DNA of 24,000 bases from Candidatus Thorarchaeota archaeon. GTDB lineage: Archaea > Asgardarchaeota > Thorarchaeia > Thorarchaeales > Thorarchaeaceae. The position numbers and the translations under genes are program-made. The notes below the pieces were generated by a model. The model saw only the letters and a list, made by a program, of their open reading frames with translations, had not been told where the DNA came from and did no database searches. Position 1 is the stretch's first letter. The number at the start of each line of letters is the position of its first letter. The DNA lies in NCBI GenBank assembly GCA_003345555.1, contig PRDJ01000063.1, positions 967 to 24,966 on the forward strand, given 5' to 3'. Positions 9,238 to 17,008 of the stretch are shown in pieces.

Positions 9238-9354
9238 TCCCATTGCTGCTCCAAGGGGTCGGGAACTCGGGGACCCCGCAGCCCAACTAGACTCTCCGTT
9301 CTTATGGCAATGCCTATATTCCAATAAACTGACACGGTTCTCGGGAAAACAGAA

Positions 9355-10563
9355 TTGTCATTGCCGTTTAAGACGCTTAATGATGTACAGTATGCAGGAA
9401 AGCGGGTGCTTGTGCGCGCCGACCTCAATTCCTCGTTGGACCCTAAGACGAAAGCAATCCTCGACGATTCGAGAATAATCGCCTCTCTTACCACGCTGAA
9501 AGAGCTGGCCAAGAGCAAGGTCGTCGTCATGGCACATCAAGGTCGACCTGGTGATGAGGACTTCACTTCATTGGAGAAGCATACAGAGGTTCTGAAGAAG
9601 AATGGAATCAAAGCAAGCTTCGTCAATGACATCTTTGGTCAGAAGGCAAAGGATGCAATCAAGCAGGTGAAGGTCGGTGAAGTGCTTGTTCTGCAGAATA
9701 CACGATACTTCGAAGGTGAGATGAAGACAGGTACTCCTGAGGAAATGGCAAAGGAACCCATTGTGCAAGAGCTTTACCCTCTGTTCGACCTCTTTGTCAA
9801 TGATGCCTTTGGTGCGGCACACAGGGCTCAACCATCGATAGTTGGCTTCACTACAGTTCTCCCTTCAGTCGCAGGACGACTCGTGGAGAAGGAGATACGC
9901 ACCCTGACCGCCGCCACTGCAACAGGCAAACATCCGTGGACTCTAGTGCTCGGCGGGGCGAAAGTAGAGGACAAGGTTCAGACACTCCAAAAGCTACTTG
10001 CTACTGGTCGAGTAGACAATGCACTTCTGGGTGGTCTCGTAGGGACGTTGTTCCTTGTTGCGCAGGGATCCATCCCAAAGGAATACGCTAGCTCAATCAA
10101 GGGCTATGAGTCGTCGCTGACTATCGCCAAACAGCTACTTGACAAGTATCCCAAGGTCATAGGTCTGCCAGTTGACGCCGCTGTTGAGAAGGACGGGAAG
10201 CGTGTTGAGTGCAAACTCGATCAGACGAAAGGAGCCCCTCTCCTAGACATTGGACCCTTGACAACGGACAAGTTTGCCAAGACCATTACCCAGTCAGCTG
10301 TGGTGTTTGCCAACGGGCCCATGGGTTACTTCGAGAAAGCACCTTTCGCAGTCGGAACTGAGAAGGTACTCGACGCAATTGTCAAATGCAAAGGTGTCAC
10401 GATAGTTGGCGGAGGGCACGTGGGCGCCGTTGCTCAGATGAAGGGCGTAGCAGGCAAAGTCACCCACATAAGCACCGGCGGTGGTGCAACCATCAATTTT
10501 CTAACAGGCAAGAAACTTGAGCTCGTTGCTGCACTTGAGGCCGCGGCAAAAAGGATGAAATAG
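9355..10563 (+). CDS. pgk: Phosphoglycerate kinase
   Basis: GKRVLVRADLNSSL; MAHQGRPG; NTRYFEGE; FVNDAFGAAHRAQPS; LGGAKVEDK; GGGHV and STGGGA motifs. TTG start. Confidence 0.95.
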   Translation: MSLPFKTLNDVQYAGKRVLVRADLNSSLDPKTKAILDDSRIIASLTTLKELAKSKVVVMAHQGRPGDEDFTSLEKHTEVLKKNGIKASFVNDIFGQKAKDAIKQVKVGEVLVLQNTRYFEGEMKTGTPEEMAKEPIVQELYPLFDLFVNDAFGAAHRAQPSIVGFTTVLPSVAGRLVEKEIRTLTAATATGKHPWTLVLGGAKVEDKVQTLQKLLATGRVDNALLGGLVGTLFLVAQGSIPKEYASSIKGYESSLTIAKQLLDKYPKVIGLPVDAAVEKDGKRVECKLDQTKGAPLLDIGPLTTDKFAKTITQSAVVFANGPMGYFEKAPFAVGTEKVLDAIVKCKGVTIVGGGHVGAVAQMKGVAGKVTHISTGGGATINFLTGKKLELVAALEAAAKRMK

Positions 10564-10616
10564 TCACTTCAGCGCGGACGGGATGGGTCGACGCTATTCT
10601 TCCCTCCGGCCTCGCG

Positions 10617-10622
10617 TTTTTT
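10617..10622 (+). terminator. Putative poly-T transcription terminator downstream of pgk
   Basis: T6 run 54 nt after the pgk stop, preceded by GC-rich sequence. Poly-T tracts are typical archaeal termination signals. Confidence 0.3.
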
Positions 10623-10668
10623 CTGGGAATGACACCTCTAGCGAGTTTGGCTCGTGCGCAAGAAAAAG

Positions 10669-10780
10669 TGGAGCCTCGGGCGAGTCTTGAACTCGCGACC
10701 TTCCGCTTTTCCGGCCTGCAGGCTGCGCTCCTGCTGCAAAGCTTACAAGGCGGATGCTATAACCCCTAAGCCACCGAGGC
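10669..10780 (-). tRNA. tRNA-Thr(UGU) with canonical 37/38 intron 10708..10743 (36 nt); CCA encoded
   Basis: Minus strand: GCCTCGG/CCGAGGC acceptor; D-arm GCTTAGGGGTTATAGC; anticodon stem TCCGC/GCGGA; loop CTTGTA^A; T arm GCGAG-TTCAAGA-CTCGC; T73-CCA. The intron helix TGCAG/CTGCA supports a relaxed BHB. Confidence 0.88.
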
Positions 10781-10935
10781 CTGACTTGGCTGAAAACCAA
10801 CCCAGTTCTCTAATAAAGGTTTATCATGATTGCAGCAATAACCACAGGCTTCGTCAGTGAGAACGTATGAAATCCATGTCCATCTGTTTCCCTTGCAGAG
10901 TCCGTCTCGCTCCGCTTCAGTGTGTCGTCGCTGTT

Positions 10936-11478
10936 CTATACATTGAGACTAGCATCACTAACCACTATGGCATAAGCAAGAAGCAAGAGTCTGTCCATCT
11001 CAGGATCCTCAATGTCAATCACGTATGTTTCTACGAACCCTGGACCTAGATGAGACATTCGTTCCCAACAGCCCGCTTTCGTGATAGTCGCGCAGTCTCC
11101 GCCGCCCCTTCTTGGATTGCTTATTACGAACTCCCATCTGACTGCATTGCCTGTTGCCCTGAGCAATTCCTCGTTGTCAGTCGAATACATTCTCATGAAA
11201 TCTTTGAATCCGCCTGCTGTTCTCTTGGCTCTGCCTAGCTGCCTTCCAGCAGCATCCGTGACATCGTAAACAGGATTCAAACCCGTGGTCTTTCTGTGCA
11301 CTGCACACAGAACACTACTATCGGTATCAAGGACCTGAATCTCGGTTCGCATGAGCAGAAGCTTACGCTTCACGGAACCGACTGCTTCACCCGCCTCATT
11401 CTCTATGTCACCAGCTCCGACTTTCCACGCTTTCCCGCTCAGAATGTAGCGCATTATTGACGGGTCCAGCAATCTCAT
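10936..11478 (-). CDS. LURP-one-related / tubby-C-like domain protein
   Basis: 180-aa ORF with beta-rich LOR-like pattern (YILSGKAWKVGAGDIENEAGEAVGSVKRKLLLMRTEIQVLD...VYDVTDAAGRQLGRAKR...). Family assignment is by pattern only. Confidence 0.55.
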   Translation of the reverse strand: MRLLDPSIMRYILSGKAWKVGAGDIENEAGEAVGSVKRKLLLMRTEIQVLDTDSSVLCAVHRKTTGLNPVYDVTDAAGRQLGRAKRTAGGFKDFMRMYSTDNEELLRATGNAVRWEFVISNPRRGGGDCATITKAGCWERMSHLGPGFVETYVIDIEDPEMDRLLLLAYAIVVSDASLNV

Positions 11479-11774
11479 GATGACATGCCTTCTGCGAGTC
11501 CTCTCTTTACAGCATTTAAGCCAATCTGGAGCAGAGCGTTGTCCTTGGGTCTCCTTGCATATACAGGGGGTCGTTTACCCGTCAATAATGGCAGTCTGCT
11601 CAATCACATCGAGGACATCTTTATGAGTCCTCACGTAGACATAGAGAATTGACACTGCTGCGCCAGAAAGGGGCAGCATCACGCGTGTGATACAAAGAAA
11701 CAATATTCAAGAGAAGACTAAAATATCACACAGAACACGGCTGCCTCGAACGGAGTGCCACAAGGTGATACCGG

Positions 11775-12689
11775 ATGCAGATTGATGAGATCTTTGACAA
11801 TCTACTAGCTGCCATGGGCATAGGCACAGGAGTATTCTTCATTATCTACACTGCAATCTTTGTCGGTATCATCCTGTTTCTAGTACATCGTATGCAAGCC
11901 GGCAGCAAAGGACTGCCGGAGGGCGTCACTAGGATAATCGCCTCCACAGGTGACGTGTCCGCAGGGATTGTAGGAGCCAAGAAGCTGAAATTCATCAAGA
12001 CGCCTTCTACAGCTCTGGTGTTTCTGAAAATCGAAGAGAATGCAATCCAACAGGCACTCTCTGCCGCCGATTACTTCGCTCAGCAAGGCGAGATTGATGA
12101 GTCAACAAAGAGCAAGATAGCTGAGGCATACCAAGCACGACTTGACGCTGTACGAACAGCCATTGCCAGAGACGAAGAGCTCAGAGAAGTGATGGCGACA
12201 TCCTCGGCTGTAGACAAGGCTCGTTCTGATTACCTAAGAAAGATGGCCGCTATGTCCGGGACGGCGGTCGAAGCGGAGACAGAGGCCGCAGGGCCGACAA
12301 GCGTGGGTATGCCTACTCCGGGTCGACCATCAGGCCTCAAGCCCGGGAAGGGTTTGACAGCTCCGCCTGCAGGAGGTCCACCATCGGGAGGTCCACCATC
12401 AGGAGGCCCACCTTCAGGAGGCCCGCCGTCAGGTGGTCCGCCACTGGGCGGCCCCTCCTCTGAAGCTGCACCCAGTGCCGGAGGTCCGCCAGTTGCAGTT
12501 CCGGACATTGGTGGTCCGCCTTCTGGCCTGCCAATGCCATCATCCAGCCCGCCCAGCGGCCCATCTCCAGCTGTTGGCCCTGCTCCTGCCGCGAGCAGTC
12601 GACCAACACCAGCGGGAGCTGCTAAGAGTTCCCTCCAGTCGGAAATGCTTGCTGAGATGGAACGGCTTAGGGCTCTCATGGGTGAGTAA
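11775..12689 (+). CDS. Membrane-anchored protein with cytoplasmic helical region and Pro/Gly-rich (GGPPS)n tail
   Basis: One N-terminal TM helix (GTGVFFIIYTAIFVGIILFLVHRM), a predicted helical region (AIQQALSAADYFAQQGEIDESTKSKIAEAYQARLDAVRTAI), then a low-complexity tail and a C-terminal helix (LQSEMLAEMERLRALMGE). Confidence 0.7.
   Translation: MQIDEIFDNLLAAMGIGTGVFFIIYTAIFVGIILFLVHRMQAGSKGLPEGVTRIIASTGDVSAGIVGAKKLKFIKTPSTALVFLKIEENAIQQALSAADYFAQQGEIDESTKSKIAEAYQARLDAVRTAIARDEELREVMATSSAVDKARSDYLRKMAAMSGTAVEAETEAAGPTSVGMPTPGRPSGLKPGKGLTAPPAGGPPSGGPPSGGPPSGGPPSGGPPLGGPSSEAAPSAGGPPVAVPDIGGPPSGLPMPSSSPPSGPSPAVGPAPAASSRPTPAGAAKSSLQSEMLAEMERLRALMGE
12374..12446 (+). repeat. In-frame tandem 15-bp repeat encoding (GGPPS)n
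   Basis: Successive GGAGGTCCACCATC(G/A)-type units encode GGPPSGGPPSGGPPSGGPPSGGPPL. Third-position variation between units shows selection for, or retention of, the peptide repeat. Confidence 0.85.
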
Positions 12690-12871
12690 ATCATCAACTC
12701 TTCGTTCTGGATAGGCTTTCCGAGGGACAGGACGCTATCGAGTATCGATTTCTGCTCTTCGCGCGCCAAGAGACCGGAGTACTGTAGTTGCAGCTTTTCT
12801 AACGCCGGGGAAGAGGCATTCGAACAAAACCAGTCTTGCCCCGTTATTAGGTGGGCTGGCTACAGATTAGT

Positions 12872-13090
12872 ATGCATGCTGAGAGATGGCACGTAGTAGG
12901 CGGCCAGGTCTACAGGCTGGCCAACGTATTTGCGACTAGCCGGGAAGCGGTGATAGTGGCACGATTGCTGAGAAGCCGCCTTTACGTAGTCATATCTAGG
13001 GACGAAGATGGTTTCTGGGCCGTCTACTGGCGACCGAAGACCAATCCCGCAGAGTCGTCGACGGGATGTTGTGGAGTTACCAGAGCATAA
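12872..13090 (+). CDS. Small uncharacterised protein (about 72 aa)
   Basis: ATG in frame at 12872 inside track ORF 12851-13090. The product MHAERWHVVGGQVYRLANVFATSREAVIVARLLRSRLYVVISRDEDGFWAVYWRPK has globular-protein composition. No clear family. Confidence 0.45.
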   Translation: MHAERWHVVGGQVYRLANVFATSREAVIVARLLRSRLYVVISRDEDGFWAVYWRPKTNPAESSTGCCGVTRA

Positions 13091-13188
13091 AGCATCTTGA
13101 CCCAATACAGAATCAGACTCTCTCGGAAGCCTTATTGAGCGGATGAACCGATACGATTTGTACAGCCTGTGGAGACGTCCGAAGGGAA

Positions 13189-13872
13189 TTGTCAGAGGCA
13201 AAGGCAAATGCGGCTAGGAGTGTACTGAAGCTACTCCCAAGGGAGGGTGCAATCGGGCTTGGAAGCGGCTCCACGGTAGCTCTCTTTGCAGAAGGGCTCG
13301 GCCGTCAAGTTTCTGAAGGCAAGACGAAAGTATCAGTTGTCCCGACTTCATATCAAGCCTATCGACTTGCAGTAGAGTACAAAATACCTCTGACCAATCT
13401 TGATCTTAATCCCGAGCTCTTGCTCACCGTGGATGGGGCCGACGAAGTCGACAGGCAGCTAAACCTCACAAAAGGCGGTGGAGGTGCGCTCCTTCGGGAG
13501 AAGGTGGTTGCTGCAGCTTCTCGAAAACTCGCAATAATCATTGACGAATCGAAACTAGTTGACAACCTCGGAATCAAGTTTCCGATTCCAATTGAGGTCT
13601 TGCCCTTTTCGCTCGGGTTTGTCAGAAGAAGAATAGACACGATGGGCATTGCTTCATCCATTCGTGAATCCCAAGGCAAGCTGGGTCCAGTCATCACGGA
13701 CAACGGCAATTTCATAATTGACCTCAAGTTCCCCAAACCCATTAGTGATCTAGCTGGTACGTCGACCGGTTTGAAGATGATTCCAGGCGTTGTGGAGACC
13801 GGTCTCTTCGTTGGCATGGCAAACGAAGTGCACGTTGGTACTGCGACCAAATCCTATGTGCTCAAGAAATAG
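13189..13872 (+). CDS. rpiA: Ribose-5-phosphate isomerase A
   Basis: GAIGLGSGSTVALF; VVPTSYQA; LTVDGADEVDRQLNLTKGGGGALLREKVVAAASRK; ITDNGNFIIDLKF. TTG start. Confidence 0.93.
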   Translation: MSEAKANAARSVLKLLPREGAIGLGSGSTVALFAEGLGRQVSEGKTKVSVVPTSYQAYRLAVEYKIPLTNLDLNPELLLTVDGADEVDRQLNLTKGGGGALLREKVVAAASRKLAIIIDESKLVDNLGIKFPIPIEVLPFSLGFVRRRIDTMGIASSIRESQGKLGPVITDNGNFIIDLKFPKPISDLAGTSTGLKMIPGVVETGLFVGMANEVHVGTATKSYVLKK

Positions 13873-13881
13873 CCAAGGGCA

Positions 13882-13992
13882 TGGCGGGCCCGGTGGGATT
13901 CGGACCCACGATCACCAACTTAGGAGGCTGGTGCTTTATAATCCTCTCACAAGAATACGCGTTCTCGCAAGTCCAGGCTAAGCCACGGGCCC
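13882..13992 (-). tRNA. tRNA-Arg(CCU) with non-canonical D-loop intron, about 13940..13972 (33 nt); CCA encoded
   Basis: Minus strand: GGGCCCG/CGGGCCC acceptor; anticodon arm CCAGC-CTCCTAA-GTTGG; T arm GTGGG-TCCGAAT-CCCAC; G73-CCA. Removing 33 nt between GCTTAGCCTGG and ATAAAGC restores a standard D-arm. The intron forms the helix CTTGCGAGAA/TTCTTGTGAG. Confidence 0.87.
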
Positions 13993-14077
13993 AAAGCGAC
14001 TGAGTTTGTGGCAGGCTGTTAAAGCTTTTGAAGTTCCTCAACCTATTCTCGGCCAAAGAACTGGAGAGAATGAAGTT

Positions 14078-15745
14078 CTAGTCAATATCTCCTGACTGCG
14101 CTACCTTTGCCGTAAGAGTCGCATTCTCTTCCAAGGCGTCTACGAGGGCGCTTCCCTGTCTTGTCTTAATCCGTATTGATGCCTCTCCATTTCGACCGGT
14201 TACCGTTGTGAGAAGGTACTGGTCGTTAGCAAAGATGTCTAATCGCATCTTCACGTACTTCTTGCCAGCATACACCGTGACTTTCTTGTGCGAGTAGCTT
14301 ACCGAAATTGGGACGCTTTCTCCCGGTGTCCCCCGTTCGAAGGTCTCTCGGCGTTCCCCCATAACAGGTCGGGTCTCACCGTGAACGGGAACCACGACTT
14401 TCTCTCCACCGAAAGTGAATATCTCGTATTCAAGCACTCCGCGCTCAAAGTCACGTACCTCAATGACAGGTCTCGCTAAGTCTCTTTGTGAGCTGCTCAT
14501 TCCAGTTGGGAGCTTGACCTTTAAGGAGAGGGCAGCAACTTTCGCAACACGCCCTGCCTCTATATGTAAGACAGTATCCACAGTGCTTGGCAGCTGGCCC
14601 AATTCAACTCGGCCACCGAGTATCAACCGCTGTATGGCATCAATGGCAGAGCCGGCATGCACTACTCCTACCATGCCGACACCTGCAGATCTCAGGTCGG
14701 AATACACCTGAAAGTCAGAGTTCTTTCGTAATTCGTCGTATACAACATAGTCTGGCCGTACCAGCAGTAGGATGTCTGCGGTCTTCTCCATGCTTCGATC
14801 AAGCGGAGCATACTGAACGATATCATCAGTTACTTGAAGGTCTCGAGGTTGCTCCAATGTCTTGACAACATTTCCCTTCTTACTATAGAACTCTGCAAGT
14901 GCAGCTGCAAACGTACTCTTTCCGGATCCGGGCGAGCCCGAAATGAGAATGCCTTCGGCACGGCTTTCTAGCCTGTTCATGAGTTTCGGGCTAAGGCCAT
15001 AGTAATCGATGTCGAGCTTCGTGATGGGACGAATCGCTGAGATTTCCATCTTGTCACTAAAAGGTGGACGCGCGATGGCGATACGGTAGTTTCTGAGTTG
15101 AACGACTGTCGCACCGAATTCCTCGATTTCTATGAATGAGGCTCTGTCCTGCCGTGCTCTCTCGAGTATTGTATTGGCTAGCTGATCCAGTTCCTCAAAA
15201 GCGAGAACATGGTCTGACAGGTCCACCAATTCCCAATCTCCGGGTTCTCCTCTCTTTGCCCGGGGAGGATTGTTCTCCACGAGATGGACACTCATGGTAC
15301 GTTCATCGAAGAACTCCTCTAGGGTGACAATAGAATCGGGGCGTTTCTTTGCAATTACAGTCACCTCGAGTCCCATGATACGACCCGCCGCCGCTTGGAC
15401 ACTGTCAGATGTCACTAGCGTCGCGCCAAGCTTTGATGCAGTATCACGAACCAAAGCATCCAATTCGCCCCTGTCTGCATCATGGACTTGGGCAATAGAT
15501 GGTCTCTCGCCGGTGAATTCCAGCACGATGATACCGTTATCGGCGAGAGATCTGAGTCGTTCAAGTTCATTGAGGCCTAGCTTTCCTACGTCCCTCTTCT
15601 GATTCGCCATGTGCTCGATTTCTGCCAGTACAACGTTCGGGACGACTATTCGAAATCCTCTGTAGTCCCCGGATTCCACTTGGTGCGATACCCACCCGTC
15701 TATTACTACGCTAGTGTCAAGCACAATGACATTGTTCGTCATCAC
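14078..15745 (-). CDS. PIN domain plus PilT-like ATPase (archaeal PINc-ATPase family)
   Basis: PIN N-terminus VIVLDTSVVIDG...LAEIEHMANQKRD; Walker A GSPGSGKST; DYVVYDELRKNSDFQVYSDLRSAGVGMVGVVHA. Overlaps the upstream EndA-like gene by 4 nt. Confidence 0.88.
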   Translation of the reverse strand: MMTNNVIVLDTSVVIDGWVSHQVESGDYRGFRIVVPNVVLAEIEHMANQKRDVGKLGLNELERLRSLADNGIIVLEFTGERPSIAQVHDADRGELDALVRDTASKLGATLVTSDSVQAAAGRIMGLEVTVIAKKRPDSIVTLEEFFDERTMSVHLVENNPPRAKRGEPGDWELVDLSDHVLAFEELDQLANTILERARQDRASFIEIEEFGATVVQLRNYRIAIARPPFSDKMEISAIRPITKLDIDYYGLSPKLMNRLESRAEGILISGSPGSGKSTFAAALAEFYSKKGNVVKTLEQPRDLQVTDDIVQYAPLDRSMEKTADILLLVRPDYVVYDELRKNSDFQVYSDLRSAGVGMVGVVHAGSAIDAIQRLILGGRVELGQLPSTVDTVLHIEAGRVAKVAALSLKVKLPTGMSSSQRDLARPVIEVRDFERGVLEYEIFTFGGEKVVVPVHGETRPVMGERRETFERGTPGESVPISVSYSHKKVTVYAGKKYVKMRLDIFANDQYLLTTVTGRNGEASIRIKTRQGSALVDALEENATLTAKVAQSGDID

Positions 15746-16440
15746 TGTTCACCGGCCCGATTTCGTAAAGTCGCACGTGATACCTTATAGAAGTTCACTT
15801 CCCCGTTCTGGTCCACGAGGGCAAATACAAGCTTCTTACGTGCAGCAGAGGCTGCTTCAGTGACCATGTCCAAGTCTTGAAGCGATATCGGTTCTCCTTC
15901 TTTGAGGACATACACAAGCTGGCTGGCGGTTGCCGCACTGGGCCTGTCTCCTCTTGCATAAACCCTGAATCCGATTCCTCCACCGAAACCCTGACGCACT
16001 GCGTATCCCCTGCTTCTGAGGTCTCTGAATACCAGATAGCGGGTCCAGAGATCAGGATCTCCTTTCATAAGTTCATCCACTATCTGCCTTGCTTCAATCT
16101 GCTCTCCGGTAAGTGACCTTGTGAGGATCCTTTTCCTTTCAAGAAGATGAAGCATTTCGACAGGGTCGAGCTGCAGTCTGCCGTCATCTAGACGGGTTCC
16201 GTAGAAACCATCCTGTGATATCCTATCAGCCTCGGCACCAGAAACGTAGCCGTACCTATCGTAGAATATGGCTTCCGCTGGTTCCTCCTGAAGCTCTGTC
16301 AGCTCTTCTGCAATTTTCTCGTCATCAGGATTTCCTGTTTCCTCTGACTCTGGGTTCTCGCCATCTTTATCGGGCAACCAGTCTCGCCTGATAGAGCAGG
16401 ACCTCAGCCGATTCGAGAAAAACCCTTCGTCGAGGTACAT
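15742..16440 (-). CDS. endA: tRNA-splicing endonuclease (EndA) family protein, possibly a structural or divergent subunit
   Basis: EndA N-domain pattern DGRLQLDPVEMLHLLERKRI and C-domain YLVFRDLRSRGYAVRQGFGGGIGFRVYARG...LVYVLKEG...SAARKKLVFALVD. Tyr and Lys of the triad are present; His appears replaced. Confidence 0.82.
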   Translation of the reverse strand: MYLDEGFFSNRLRSCSIRRDWLPDKDGENPESEETGNPDDEKIAEELTELQEEPAEAIFYDRYGYVSGAEADRISQDGFYGTRLDDGRLQLDPVEMLHLLERKRILTRSLTGEQIEARQIVDELMKGDPDLWTRYLVFRDLRSRGYAVRQGFGGGIGFRVYARGDRPSAATASQLVYVLKEGEPISLQDLDMVTEAASAARKKLVFALVDQNGEVNFYKVSRATLRNRAGEQ

Positions 16441-16477
16441 TGCGAGAATCTAGGCAAGTATTTGGACCAGTGAGCCT

Positions 16478-17008
16478 GTGATGAAAAGCATGCTGGAAGA
16501 AGGCCTCAGAAGGTTCATCTCTGGGGCCAAACGTGTGGCGGTTCTAGGGATAGGGAACGACCTGAGAAGTGACGATGGTTTAGGCCCGTTTATAGTTGCG
16601 GGGTTGAATCTACAGCATCCGGACCTGATTGTAGAGAACGTTGGATCCGTTCCAGAGGCCTTTGCACGCCCTTTGGCCGATTTCGGTGCTGAGCGCGTAA
16701 TCATGGTCGATGCAGCTGACATGAGAAAGCCCGCAGCGCACATCGACCTGATAACAAAGGAGCGAATAGGCGGTATCACCATAAGTACACACAGCATGCC
16801 ATTGTCTTTGCTCATGATGTACCTAGAGCAGGAGACTGGGGGCAAGACCGTCCTTCTCGGTGTGCAACCGAAAAGCATCGTTTTTGGCGAAGGGCTGACT
16901 CCCGAAGTACGGCTTGCTGCTCAGAAAGTTATTAGAATCCTGAGAAGAGTTCTGCAACAGCACTTGGGAGACTCCAGAGATGTTTCGGACGATAGAGTGG
17001 CTAGATGA
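16478..17008 (+). CDS. Hydrogenase maturation protease (HycI/HyaD family)
   Basis: VAVLGIGNDLRSDDGLGPFIVAGL; ERVIMVDAADM; STHSMPLSLLMMYL; VLLGVQPKSIVFGEGLTPEV. Confidence 0.87.
   Translation: MMKSMLEEGLRRFISGAKRVAVLGIGNDLRSDDGLGPFIVAGLNLQHPDLIVENVGSVPEAFARPLADFGAERVIMVDAADMRKPAAHIDLITKERIGGITISTHSMPLSLLMMYLEQETGGKTVLLGVQPKSIVFGEGLTPEVRLAAQKVIRILRRVLQQHLGDSRDVSDDRVAR

Noticed and set aside
9066-9290. 74-aa ORF (and minus-strand ORF 9168-9530)
   Set aside because: Overlaps the intron-containing tRNA-Met gene, so it is spurious.
10594-10860. ORFs on both strands around 10.6-10.86 kb
   Set aside because: They run across the tRNA-Thr gene and its intron; no protein family signal.
11500-11690. 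Possible 29-codon minus-strand mini-ORF in the intergenic region
   Set aside because: Too short with no supporting signal; not reported as a gene.
12374-12446. Possible CRISPR-like repeats
   Set aside because: The units are contiguous 15-mers with no spacers and encode an in-frame peptide repeat.
12230-12769. 179-aa minus-strand ORF rich in Gly/Pro/Ala (GGPPDGGPPE...)
   Set aside because: It is the antisense shadow of the (GGPPS)n repeat in the plus-strand membrane protein gene and has no independent family signal.
13359-13850. 163-aa minus-strand ORF
   Set aside because: Fully antisense to rpiA.
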